Made by a program: the position numbers and the translations under genes. From positions 85,731-149,730 of the forward strand of contig JBDRLP010000027.1 of NCBI GenBank assembly GCA_043812975.1: a stretch of 64,000 bases of DNA. Direction: 5' to 3'. Of the stretch, positions 7,502 through 16,248 are shown in pieces (the stretch's first letter is position 1; each line of letters opens with the position of its first letter). The notes beneath the pieces were generated by a model. That model was not told where the DNA came from. It ran no database searches and saw only the letters and a program-made list of their open reading frames with translations. This DNA comes from Candidatus Iainarchaeum sp. GTDB lineage: Archaea > Iainarchaeota > Iainarchaeia > Iainarchaeales > Iainarchaeaceae.

Positions 7502-8998
7502 ATGCTCCATAATACGCGATTATTCCTGAGCAAGGTTAACTATAACTCTGAGAAAAGACAGATTACTGTAGAGTTTTCAAAGAAAAATCAGAAATCTTCA
7601 AAGAAGTACTCATTTTTTCCAAAAATGTATCTTTCTCTGAAAAAAATTTCTGAAAAACATTTACTTGATGCTTTAGCTGATTATGATGTAAGAAAATTAA
7701 AAATAGATTTTAAAGAAAATACAGCAACTATTTTTGCAGCAACATTTTCTGATTTGAAGAAAGTAAATAATCTTCTGAATAATTTTTTTAATTTACATTC
7801 AAATTTAATAGAACCTGAAAGGCAATTTCTGCTGGAAAAGAACTGGAGTTATTTTGATTTTTTTGATTTTTCTTATTCAGAACCCCAACAAATCCACACA
7901 ACTGAATTTCCTGATGTTTCAATGGACTTCCTTTCAGATTCTTTCAAAGAAACTATTGCTTCTTTATTGTTGAACAACAGGTCTCTTGCTAAAGAAACAA
8001 TTGAAAAAATCGTTTTTTCCAAGCTGTTAAGAATTCCTTTAATAGGCCGAGAAGAAGATAAGTCTCTTGAGGAAATTTTTATTGAAAATATTTTTTTCCT
8101 TAGCGAAAAACCAATTTCTATAGGGGGGTATAGAAACAAATCTTATTTTAGGCAAATCCATAAAAAATCAGTTATAGATTTTTCAAAAATGGTTTCAGTA
8201 ATGGCTTCAAAGCCGTTCAATAATCTTGGTTTTGAAACCATTAATTGCAGCTGTTGCAAACCATGGGATAAAGAAGCAAAAAACATTTTGCCTTCTTCTT
8301 TAGTCAAGGTTAATTTTTTGAGGGAAGCTTTTTACTTTGACTCTGTTTCAAGTAACTGGGCTGATGCTTATCATTTTTCTAATAAGGAAATGCAACAGCG
8401 TGAAAAAAGAAAAAGGGAATATTTTTTGGATTTTTATCCTTCAGGCCCGTTTTCAAGAAACTCGTCTGAAAATATACTTTTAGCTGATGCATTAAATCTT
8501 GAACAAAAAGGATTGGTTAAAATAGTTTCTCATGAAAATCCTTCCTGGTTTTGCCTGAAAAAGGAAAGTGCTTTTTCTTCAGAAGTCAATCGTTTGTATG
8601 AATCTCTCATTACTCTTAATTCAGTTGTTGAGAAGGAAAGTAATTCGGTTGTTGCTTCTGCTGGTTTGTTTTTCTCTCAGTCCCTTGAATCTAGTCCTGG
8701 GCATCATTATAGAAAAATTTTAGATAAAACAACTTCTAGGCTTTTAGCTTCTTTTCCAGGGTTGCTTACAAATTCTTCCGGAAGGTTTTTTGATAAGAAT
8801 TTTGCAATTGCTTTGGAAGCTATTAATAGCCTTATTTTGAAGGATTTTGAAGAAATTGCCAAAAACTCCAAAACAAGGGTTACTTTCAAGGATTCTATTG
8901 CTTTGGTTGATTCTTCTTCTTTCATGTCTGCCTCTAAAGAGTTCAGAGACCTCTATAAGGTTGACAAACGCTTGTTGAGCGTCTCCAAAAGCTTTTGA
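7502..8998 (+). CDS. degenerate, probably inactive family-B DNA polymerase-like protein
   Basis: IEPERQFLL, IDFSKM...NLGFETINCSCC and WFCLKK resemble PolB/PolB2 segments; SLYPS, KxxxNSxYG and YGDTDS absent. Confidence 0.65.
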   Translation: MLHNTRLFLSKVNYNSEKRQITVEFSKKNQKSSKKYSFFPKMYLSLKKISEKHLLDALADYDVRKLKIDFKENTATIFAATFSDLKKVNNLLNNFFNLHSNLIEPERQFLLEKNWSYFDFFDFSYSEPQQIHTTEFPDVSMDFLSDSFKETIASLLLNNRSLAKETIEKIVFSKLLRIPLIGREEDKSLEEIFIENIFFLSEKPISIGGYRNKSYFRQIHKKSVIDFSKMVSVMASKPFNNLGFETINCSCCKPWDKEAKNILPSSLVKVNFLREAFYFDSVSSNWADAYHFSNKEMQQREKRKREYFLDFYPSGPFSRNSSENILLADALNLEQKGLVKIVSHENPSWFCLKKESAFSSEVNRLYESLITLNSVVEKESNSVVASAGLFFSQSLESSPGHHYRKILDKTTSRLLASFPGLLTNSSGRFFDKNFAIALEAINSLILKDFEEIAKNSKTRVTFKDSIALVDSSSFMSASKEFRDLYKVDKRLLSVSKSF

Positions 8999-9062
8999 AT
9001 CAGGTTTTTAATCATTTGCACGGAGAAAATAGTAATAAATCCTGATTTTTAAGTGATTTTAT

Positions 9063-9269
9063 ATGACTATTTTAACAAGATTTGAAATAACTCGTCTTAT
9101 AAGCGCTAGGGCATTACAGCTTTCGCTTGGCGCTCCAGGAATGATTAAGGCTTCAAAAGAATCTAGCATGATTGATATTGCTAGAGAAGAGTTTGATAAG
9201 AAAGTTATTCCTATTTCAGTTTTAAGGGAATTTCCTGACGGAAGAATTGAAAAAATTGAGGTGGATTAG
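9063..9269 (+). CDS. rpo6: RNA polymerase subunit Rpo6 (K)
   Basis: LTRFE..RLISARALQLSLGAP signature. Confidence 0.93.
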   Translation: MTILTRFEITRLISARALQLSLGAPGMIKASKESSMIDIAREEFDKKVIPISVLREFPDGRIEKIEVD

Positions 9270-9270
9270 A

Positions 9271-9462
9271 TTGGGTAAAGCAGTCCCTCAGAATATTAAA
9301 AGTAAGGCAAATATACTTTTGCAAACTTATCCTAATGATGTGCCAAATGATTTTGATTCTATTAAGAAATTTATTGATACTTTTAAAATGCCGATGAGTA
9401 AATCACAGAGAAATCTTGTTGCTGGTTTTTTGGCTAGAAAAAAGTCTCAGTTAAAAGCCTAG
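9271..9462 (+). CDS. rps17e: ribosomal protein eS17 (S17e)
   Basis: GKAV..IK...YP...DF...KK...SKSQRNLVAGFL pattern; SD GAGGTGG 9258-9264 before TTG 9271. Confidence 0.8.
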   Translation: MGKAVPQNIKSKANILLQTYPNDVPNDFDSIKKFIDTFKMPMSKSQRNLVAGFLARKKSQLKA

Positions 9463-11469
9463 TACTTTTGTAGGTGCATCTTTTTCTTTTTCTCTTTCTA
9501 ATGAATATAATTTTCCTGATGCTGCATTTTCCATTTCTTTATCGTGGGTGATAATAAAAATTTGTTCAATCAATTCAGGTAAATGATTTCTCATTGTTTC
9601 GCTTAATTCCTTAACCGCGTTCACGTCTAAATTGTGGGTTGGTTCATCCAGAATAATCCAGCCTAAGTTTTGGGTTAATACGAGGGAGATTGCAATTCTC
9701 AGGGTTATTGCTGCTGCACTTCTTTCTCCGCCTGAAAGTATTCCTTCTACTCTTGCCCATTGTTCGTTTCTTTGTTTAACCATTACTTCGTAGCTTCCTT
9801 CTTCCACGATTATTTTTACACTCAAAAAATCTTTGTAAGGGTAAATCCTTGGCCAGATTTCTCCCATTGCCTGATTAACTGTTTCCACCATCATGTTTCT
9901 TAGTTCTCCTTGCGTGGATTTTAATGCCGAAGTAAAGATTGCTAGTTTTTCTGTTGTTTTTTCGTTTTCCTTAACTTGGGTTTCAAGTTCTTTAATCTGA
10001 TGTTCTATTTCTTTTATTCTTTTTACACTTTCATTGAGTTCTTTTAATAGTTCTTTTCCGCTTGAAATTTCAGTTCTGAGTTCAGCACTCTTTTCTTTTA
10101 AACCTAAAAACTCTTTTTCGTGCTTTTCGTGTTCTTTTTCATCAAACCCTGTTTTTTTCATCATTTCTCTTACTTTTTCTATTTCTTTCTCAAGGTCATT
10201 TTTTTGTTTTTCTTTTTCACTTAATTCTGCAGCAATTTCCTTCAGTCTTTTAAGTTCGTTAAGTTGCTTTTCAATAGTTTCGCCTTTCTTTTCAATTTTT
10301 CCCAGTTCTTCTTTCTTTTCCTTCAATTCTTTGATTTCCTTTTCCAAGTCTGAATTAAGTTCTTTTGTTTTTTTCAGTATTTTTTCTTCTTCATCTTTAA
10401 GCTCCTGCTCAAGCTTTTCTTTATCGTGCTCATTTAATGGTCTTTTACATATCGGGCAGTCTGATTCCAGTTTTTGTGCATTAGAAACGTTTTTTGAATT
10501 AGAATTAAGCAGATTGTTCTGTACAGCTATTTCTTCTTTAATTTTAGAAACCTTTCTCTCAAGTTTTTCATTTTCTTTTTCAAGTTTTTCATTTTCCTTT
10601 ATTTTTCCTTCAATTTTTTCGTGTTTTGTGTCTTTTAGTTTTTCCCTGCCTGTTTTCAGTTGTTCTGTTAGGGATTCTATTTTTGCTTTGCTTTGAATTT
10701 CAAGTTCTTTAAGGAATTTATTTTCTTTTTCTTTTTCTTCAAGCTGTTTTAGTGTTTTTTCCTTTTCTTTTATTTGTTTTTCCAGTTCAGAATTTTCTTT
10801 TTCCTTATCATTCAATTCTTTTTCCTTTTTTGAGATCTTTTTTTCATATTCTTCAAGTTCTTTAGGATTGTTTTTCCTTTTTTGTTCCTGTAAAAACTTT
10901 TTCCTGTCCTCAATAATGCGTTTGAGTCTGTTTGCAAGTGTTACAGAATTTGTCCTTACTTTTTCGTATTTATCCAGTCCTAATAATTCATCAAATTTTT
11001 CTTTTCTTTGTGCAGGAGTCAGCTTTAGAAAAAAGTCGATTTGGTTCTGCTCTGAATAAATAGCTCTGCTGAATAGTTCGTAGGAAACTTCCAGTATTTC
11101 CTCAATTTTTTTTGTTGTTTCAGTTGTTTTTGGCCCTGCCAGTATCTTTCCGAATTCCCTTAATGTTCCTTCATTTATTCCTTTTCTTTTTACAATTCTC
11201 TCAACCGAATATTCTTTTCCATTATAATCAAATTCAAGTGTTATTTTTGCGGTTTCCTGTTTGCTTGGTTTTGCCATTATGGTTTCTTCAAGAGTAACTT
11301 TTCTTGCTGCAAGTGTCGGGAATGTTCCGTATAATGCAAAAGAAATTGCATCCATTATGCTCGACTTCCCACTTCCCATTTTTCCTACTATTACATTGGT
11401 TCCTTTGGAAAAATCAAGTTCTGTATTATAATGGGTTTTCCAGTTCTCGAGTTTAATGGTTTTTATCAT
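9451..11469 (-). CDS. rad50: Rad50/SbcC-type SMC ATPase
   Basis: Walker A GKMGSGKS, coiled coil with central CPIC hook, LSGGE signature, LDEPT Walker B, ITHD. Confidence 0.88.
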   Translation of the reverse strand: MIKTIKLENWKTHYNTELDFSKGTNVIVGKMGSGKSSIMDAISFALYGTFPTLAARKVTLEETIMAKPSKQETAKITLEFDYNGKEYSVERIVKRKGINEGTLREFGKILAGPKTTETTKKIEEILEVSYELFSRAIYSEQNQIDFFLKLTPAQRKEKFDELLGLDKYEKVRTNSVTLANRLKRIIEDRKKFLQEQKRKNNPKELEEYEKKISKKEKELNDKEKENSELEKQIKEKEKTLKQLEEKEKENKFLKELEIQSKAKIESLTEQLKTGREKLKDTKHEKIEGKIKENEKLEKENEKLERKVSKIKEEIAVQNNLLNSNSKNVSNAQKLESDCPICKRPLNEHDKEKLEQELKDEEEKILKKTKELNSDLEKEIKELKEKKEELGKIEKKGETIEKQLNELKRLKEIAAELSEKEKQKNDLEKEIEKVREMMKKTGFDEKEHEKHEKEFLGLKEKSAELRTEISSGKELLKELNESVKRIKEIEHQIKELETQVKENEKTTEKLAIFTSALKSTQGELRNMMVETVNQAMGEIWPRIYPYKDFLSVKIIVEEGSYEVMVKQRNEQWARVEGILSGGERSAAAITLRIAISLVLTQNLGWIILDEPTHNLDVNAVKELSETMRNHLPELIEQIFIITHDKEMENAASGKLYSLEREKEKDAPTKVLGF

Positions 11470-11505
11470 TAGAATAATTAGAGGCTGAAAACCGTTTTAA
11501 GCCTA

Positions 11506-11769
11506 TTATAGAAGAGTCATACTTTCTTGTTCTACTTCTTCAATTGTAGCCATTTCTGAGAGTTCTTTTGTGGCTTTTTCCATTTGCCCCTCTTCTTTTT
11601 CGTTTACAAGAACACCTACTTTAAGAATAACAATTCCAAACCCTATCGGATCATCTTTAATGTCTTTGACTTCTCCTGCTTTAAGAGTCTGGATTTCTTT
11701 TTTAGTTTCTTCTAGTTTTTCCATGTCCTTAGGAGTAACCTTGTATATGATGAATGATTTATCGGGCAT
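11506..11769 (-). CDS. ef1b: translation elongation factor aEF-1beta
   Basis: DPIGFGI motif, ~87 aa from ATG 11769, canonical position after the Zn-ribbon gene. Confidence 0.85.
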   Translation of the reverse strand: MPDKSFIIYKVTPKDMEKLEETKKEIQTLKAGEVKDIKDDPIGFGIVILKVGVLVNEKEEGQMEKATKELSEMATIEEVEQESMTLL

Positions 11770-11779
11770 CAGTATCACT

Positions 11780-11932
11780 TTATGGTCCTGTGAATTCGCA
11801 TCCAGGACATTTGTAATCAAGGCTTCTTGCACGGGCTTCCATGCTTCTGATTATTCTTTCTCCGCATTTTGGGCACTTAAATTCTACAAAATCGTCAGTA
11901 ACGAGCTTGTTTGTTGTTACGCATGTTTTCAT
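11780..11932 (-). CDS. 50-aa Zn-ribbon protein, DUF1610/HVO_2753 family (not in ORF track)
   Basis: MKTCVTTNKLVTDDFVEFKCPKCGERIIRSMEARARSLDYKCPGCEFTGP; FxCPxCG and YxCPxCxFxGP; upstream of aEF-1beta. Confidence 0.88.
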   Translation of the reverse strand: MKTCVTTNKLVTDDFVEFKCPKCGERIIRSMEARARSLDYKCPGCEFTGP

Positions 11933-11972
11933 CTATGATTCATTCCCCAGTTAGCTTTAAAAAGGTTGATTT

Positions 11973-11990
11973 CCCCGCCTGCTTGCGGGG
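11973..11990. other. GC-rich intergenic hairpin
   Basis: CCCCGC-CTGCTT-GCGGGG, 6-bp GC stem; function unknown. Confidence 0.45.
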
Positions 11991-12022
11991 GTAAAGCGTT
12001 CTATCTTCGTTTGGACTCGATA

Positions 12023-12044
12023 GAACTTGTTCGCACTGGCAATG
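12023..12044 (+). promoter_or_regulatory. single motif copy (locus 3) GAACTTGTTCGCACTGGCAATG
   Basis: Core CGCACTGGCA 12032-12041; TTTAAA at 12059-12064. Confidence 0.5.
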
Positions 12045-12104
12045 AGGTCTCGAAACTATTTAAAGCAAATATATTTATACATTCATAGAGGTATAATTGT
12101 GAGT

Positions 12105-12314
12105 ATGGTTGCTAGTGATTCTTTTAAGACTTATGAATTCTATGCAAATGCTGATTTATCTAAGTATGCCGGTCAGTGGGTTGCAATAGTTAATAATAAA
12201 GTTATAGCCCATGGCAAAGATGTAAAGAAATTATTGAAAGAAGCAGAAAAAGAAGCTCCAAAAATCACTCCGTTTATAGCAAAAGTGCCTCTTAGAGATA
12301 TTCTTCTCTGGTAA
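12105..12314 (+). CDS. DUF5678-like small protein
   Basis: KYAGQWVAIVNNKVIAHGKD pattern; precedes an aspartic protease gene. Confidence 0.75.
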   Translation: MVASDSFKTYEFYANADLSKYAGQWVAIVNNKVIAHGKDVKKLLKEAEKEAPKITPFIAKVPLRDILLW

Positions 12315-12320
12315 TTGCAC

Positions 12321-12731
12321 ATGTCTTTCACTTTTAAATACAGAAAAGAGAAAATCGAAGGAAAAATTAGATATTTCCCAAAAGTTGTTATCAGTCTTTA
12401 CAATAAAGGTATCAAATTTGATTATCCTGCATTAATTGATTCCGGAGCAACTGATATTTTTGTCCCAAAACAGATTGCTGAAGCACTCGAGCTTGATTTT
12501 AAAGAAGAAGATATTGCCAGCAGTTGGAATGGTGATTTTAAGGTTTGGGGTTCTAATATAGGAGTTATTTTGGGCAAAGGAAGCCAGACCTTCAGAAGAG
12601 TTTTGCCATGCCTTATTCCTGATAGTGAAAATCCCAATCAAGAAGTAATTTTAGGCAGAGTATTATTCAAGTTCTTTGAGGTTACATTTAACGAACAAAA
12701 AAGAATTACAAAACTCAAAAAAATACAATAA
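12321..12731 (+). CDS. retropepsin-like aspartic protease
   Basis: ALIDSGAT catalytic motif and ILGR motif. Confidence 0.8.
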   Translation: MSFTFKYRKEKIEGKIRYFPKVVISLYNKGIKFDYPALIDSGATDIFVPKQIAEALELDFKEEDIASSWNGDFKVWGSNIGVILGKGSQTFRRVLPCLIPDSENPNQEVILGRVLFKFFEVTFNEQKRITKLKKIQ

Positions 12732-12815
12732 TCAGATTTTTTCCTTAACTAATTTTATTTTTGAGCAGAAACAAATATTAAATAACGAACTAGACCCCAA
12801 TATATTCTATTCAAT

Positions 12816-12890
12816 GGGCCTGTAGCTTAGCCTGGATTGAGCGTTCGCCTTCGGAGCGAAAGATCGGGGGTTCGAATCCCTCCAGGCCCT
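12816..12890 (+). tRNA. tRNA-Arg(TCG)
   Basis: Acceptor GGGCCTG/CAGGCCC, anticodon arm TTCGC-CTTCGGA-GCGAA, T-loop GGTTCGAATCC; no intron, CCA not encoded. Confidence 0.95.
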
Positions 12891-12893
12891 TAA

Positions 12894-12948
12894 CCTTTTT
12901 CTTTCTCTTGAGAAGAGAAACAAAAAGCTTAACCAAAAAGAAAGAGAA
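12894..12948. repeat. AT-rich palindromic intergenic repeat, copy A
   Basis: TTTCTCTT-GAG-AAGAGAAA hairpin followed by AAGCTTAACCAAAAAGAAAGAGAA; similar to 20242-20296 and 39916-40020. Confidence 0.55.
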
Positions 12949-12974
12949 CCTAATACTCTTCAAATTTACGTGGT

Positions 12975-13160
12975 TTAACCTTTCTTTAGTTTTCTTTTTT
13001 CCCTTTCTATATCTTTCCAAGTATAATGGCCTTCATGATATTTTGCACCATGTTCTTTCACGGGTTCTTCTATTAATAATTTAATTCCATGGGAAGTTTT
13101 ACCAAGAACTTTGTCGCCTGTTTTTGTTCTTGTTCCATCTAATCTTCTAACATCAATCAT
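12975..13160 (-). CDS. small basic orphan, possibly 3' part of a frameshifted gene
   Basis: 61-aa ORF; out-of-frame ATG at 13231 (MKPPRMKF...) directly follows cca. Confidence 0.4.
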   Translation of the reverse strand: MIDVRRLDGTRTKTGDKVLGKTSHGIKLLIEEPVKEHGAKYHEGHYTWKDIEREKRKLKKG

Positions 13161-13233
13161 TTCTCTAATTTTGCCTATTTTTTCCTGATTCCAAATCCGT
13201 GTTCAAGAAATTTCATTCTTGGTGGTTTCATTT

Positions 13234-14628
13234 TTAGTACTCCTCAAATTCTTCTATTCCTTTCAAATAAGTTGAGAACCATGCTTTGAATTCTTTATTT
13301 TTCCTGTATTTTTCAAGCACTTCCTTATCACTCAAAACTTTTGCTTTTTTGTTTAATGCTTTTCTGATTCCTGATTTTTCAGTTTTCTTCAGTTTTTTAA
13401 GGAGCTCTTTGAGATACTCCGTTGCTCGATCGTGTTCTCTTTCAATTTCAACAACCCATCTTCCTTTTTCAATCCGCGGACCGCTAAGTGCTTTCTTATG
13501 TGCTTTCAAAAACTGTTCAGAATGTTCTTCATTAGTAACATGAGGTCCTATTCTTTTCTGGGCTTTTTCCAATCTATTAGCTTCCAAATCAAAAACCAGG
13601 ATAATTTCTTTTTCCTCATCACTCCAAGAAGCATTTCTTAAAATCCTGAAATCCTTTTGTTCTAATGCAGAAATAATTTTCTTTCCTAATCTCCGTATCT
13701 GCCCCCACAAAATATCTGGAAGTTCCTTTGCAGGATAACCAATCTGAATAATAATGAGCCCTTCTTTTTCAACTAGTTTTTTTGCTTTTCCTGAATCAAG
13801 AGTTTTTGTTTTTGCTCCGAAGAAAAATTTAAGAGAAGGTTTTTTCAGAAAAGCTCTTGAGGCAGCAACGATTCGAGCATATTGATTTACACTCAATGCA
13901 GCTGCAACATTCCTGTTTGAATCAACTGGATCAATTATAATAAGCGAAGAATCAAATTTCTTCAAAGCTTCTTTTTTACTCAGTTGTTTTTCAATATCTA
14001 GTATTTCATGTTCCTGCCACTTTGCCATTGCAGATATTGTTTTCTTAAAAGAACCATAATTCACAATTAATAATTCTGTCACATATCCCGGAACCGAACT
14101 AACTTTCAGATCAGCACCATAAGCTTTAATCCCTTTCAAAAATTGTTTCAGTAATCTTACTTCATTACACAATTTTGGAGTTAATTTTTTTTGTAAGTAT
14201 TTGTTGTGAAAACTTGTTCTGTCAACAGCACTTCTTAATTTTTGGGTATCATTTATTGAATAAGCAGGAACTATTTCCACATCAAAACCTTTAATGACTC
14301 CGCGAATGTAAGGGTGTTCGGAATAAGCTTTTTCCCATTTGTGGCCGCGGAAAACGTTTTTTCCGATTCTCAGGCCTTCTTTTTCAAACTCTTCGCGTGA
14401 AATTTTTTCAGGAAAAAACACAAAAATATCAAGGTCATTATCACCGCGTAAATGCGTATTTCTTGCATTACTCCCTACTAATTCTACTCCAAGGTGGTTT
14501 CCTTTGATTTTTGTTATTTTTGTTATTATTTCGGTTGCTAATGCTTCCTGTTTAATTCTTTCGGGTTTTGAAGGGGTTATTTTTTTGGTTACTTTGTTTA
14601 ATATATTGTTCATCTTAACCACGGTCAC
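13234..14628 (-). CDS. cca: CCA-adding enzyme, archaeal class I
   Basis: VGSNARNTHLRGDNDLDIF NTase motif, YSEHPY, SAVDRT, DPVDSNRNVAAA; likely start ATG 14613. Confidence 0.93.
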   Translation of the reverse strand: MTVVKMNNILNKVTKKITPSKPERIKQEALATEIITKITKIKGNHLGVELVGSNARNTHLRGDNDLDIFVFFPEKISREEFEKEGLRIGKNVFRGHKWEKAYSEHPYIRGVIKGFDVEIVPAYSINDTQKLRSAVDRTSFHNKYLQKKLTPKLCNEVRLLKQFLKGIKAYGADLKVSSVPGYVTELLIVNYGSFKKTISAMAKWQEHEILDIEKQLSKKEALKKFDSSLIIIDPVDSNRNVAAALSVNQYARIVAASRAFLKKPSLKFFFGAKTKTLDSGKAKKLVEKEGLIIIQIGYPAKELPDILWGQIRRLGKKIISALEQKDFRILRNASWSDEEKEIILVFDLEANRLEKAQKRIGPHVTNEEHSEQFLKAHKKALSGPRIEKGRWVVEIEREHDRATEYLKELLKKLKKTEKSGIRKALNKKAKVLSDKEVLEKYRKNKEFKAWFSTYLKGIEEFEEY

Positions 14629-14670
14629 GTTTTATATAGTATAAATCTGTACTATAAATAGCTATTCTAA

Positions 14671-16248
14671 GTGGTTTTAATGGCATTTCAGTTTGCGGAA
14701 AAAAAAGGAAACAAGATTGATTCTTATGGTCAAACGGTTATCCATGAAGGATTCCCGTTTTTCTTTTATGATGTAAAAGAACCAAAGTTTAATGAAGAAG
14801 AAAATATCATGAAGGAATCTTTGATTAATCTTATTATGGGCCGCTGGAGTTTTGATGAGGTTCAGGGGCAGCTGGAAAAACTTTTTTCAAAACAGTTTAT
14901 GGAGCAGTTCAGGGAAAAAATAATCAAGCCGATAACTTATAGCGGTGCGATGGAATATTTGTTGCCAACTGATGATTATAATACTTTAAAATTAACTCTC
15001 ATAACTTTGTTTAAGGAATTTTTACCGGTTGTAAAAAATCATTCTTTATTAGCAGACAAAATCCTTGGGGACTCTATCGGTTACGGGAAAATAAATCCTT
15101 TTGTTATGGATGAAAGTTTAGAAGAAGTCATGGTTAATTCTTATGACAAGAACGTTTTTGTTTTTCACAAAAAGTACGGCCATTGTAAAACTAATATAGA
15201 TTTTTCAAACAAAAAAGCCCTTGATAATTTGCTGCAAAAAATTGCTCACACTATAGGAAAAAAGTTTGATGCTGACAATCCTTTATTGGACGCACGTCTT
15301 CCTGACGGTAACAGAGCTAATGCAACTTTTGCTTATGTAACTCCATTTGGCCCAAGCCTTACAATCAGGAAATTTTCCAGTGTTCCTCTTAGTATTGTTG
15401 ATTTAATTTCCAATAATACGATTTCAAGTGAATTGGCAGCATTTCTTTGGGTTATGGTTGAGGGTATGGGTGTTGAGCCAATGAATCTTATTGTTACCGG
15501 CGGTTCTGGTTCAGGAAAAACAACTACTTTGAATGCTTTGACTGCTTTTGTAAGATACCCTGAAAGAATTATTTCCATTGAAGATACGCTTGAACTGCGT
15601 TTGTTGGGGCGGCAAAATTGGGTTCAGATGGAATCCAGGCCAGCAATGAAAGGACAGGAAGGTGTTACCATGGATGACTTGTTAAAAAATGCTATGAGAA
15701 TGAGGCCTGATCGCATTATTGTTGGGGAAGTAAGAGGAAAAGAAGCAGAAACTCTCTTTGTTGCAATGGACACCGGCCATAAAGGATCAATGGGAACATT
15801 GCATAGTAATTCTGCCAAAGAAATGCTTCTAAGATTAAAATCAGAACCTATGGGTGTTCCTGATTCTTTAATTCCTTTACTTAATCTTATTATTGTTCAG
15901 TACAGGCTTTATGTTAAAGGGAAAGGCATCGAGAGAAGAGTAATATCTGTTACTGAGGTAAGTTCTATGGATAATCATGCTTTGCTCAGTAATGTGTATG
16001 AGTGGGACCGCGGAACTGATTTTGTGAAAAGAACCGATGTTCCGATGAAACTTATGGAGACCTTATCTGAAAAAACATTAAAAACTAAAAAAGAGGTTGA
16101 AATGGAGATTAATGTTAGAAAAAGGATTCTTGAATGGATGATGAAGAACGATATCCATTTCCAGCCTGAAGTAGAAGTGGTTGTTCAGCAGTATTATTAT
16201 AATCCTGAAGCTCTTTTAGAAAAAGTTCTTGCTGAAGATTCTCAATAA
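14671..16248 (+). CDS. VirB11/CpaF-type secretion or pilus ATPase (intein-free paralogue)
   Basis: LDARLPDG, GGSGSGKTT, IEDTLEL, RMRPDRIIVGEVRG, TGH..GTLH. Confidence 0.92.
   Translation: MVLMAFQFAEKKGNKIDSYGQTVIHEGFPFFFYDVKEPKFNEEENIMKESLINLIMGRWSFDEVQGQLEKLFSKQFMEQFREKIIKPITYSGAMEYLLPTDDYNTLKLTLITLFKEFLPVVKNHSLLADKILGDSIGYGKINPFVMDESLEEVMVNSYDKNVFVFHKKYGHCKTNIDFSNKKALDNLLQKIAHTIGKKFDADNPLLDARLPDGNRANATFAYVTPFGPSLTIRKFSSVPLSIVDLISNNTISSELAAFLWVMVEGMGVEPMNLIVTGGSGSGKTTTLNALTAFVRYPERIISIEDTLELRLLGRQNWVQMESRPAMKGQEGVTMDDLLKNAMRMRPDRIIVGEVRGKEAETLFVAMDTGHKGSMGTLHSNSAKEMLLRLKSEPMGVPDSLIPLLNLIIVQYRLYVKGKGIERRVISVTEVSSMDNHALLSNVYEWDRGTDFVKRTDVPMKLMETLSEKTLKTKKEVEMEINVRKRILEWMMKNDIHFQPEVEVVVQQYYYNPEALLEKVLAEDSQ

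Noticed and set aside
10034..10696. 220-aa Ser/Phe-rich ORF and similar antisense ORFs (6252-6602, 38191-38736, 39337-39759, 56999-57544)
   Set aside because: Shadow frames of well-supported genes on the opposite strand
11973..11990. Hairpin as an IS200/IS605 end
   Set aside because: No tnpA/tnpB or partner end identified
12811..13020. 69-aa minus-strand ORF
   Set aside because: Antisense to tRNA-Arg and a low-complexity repeat
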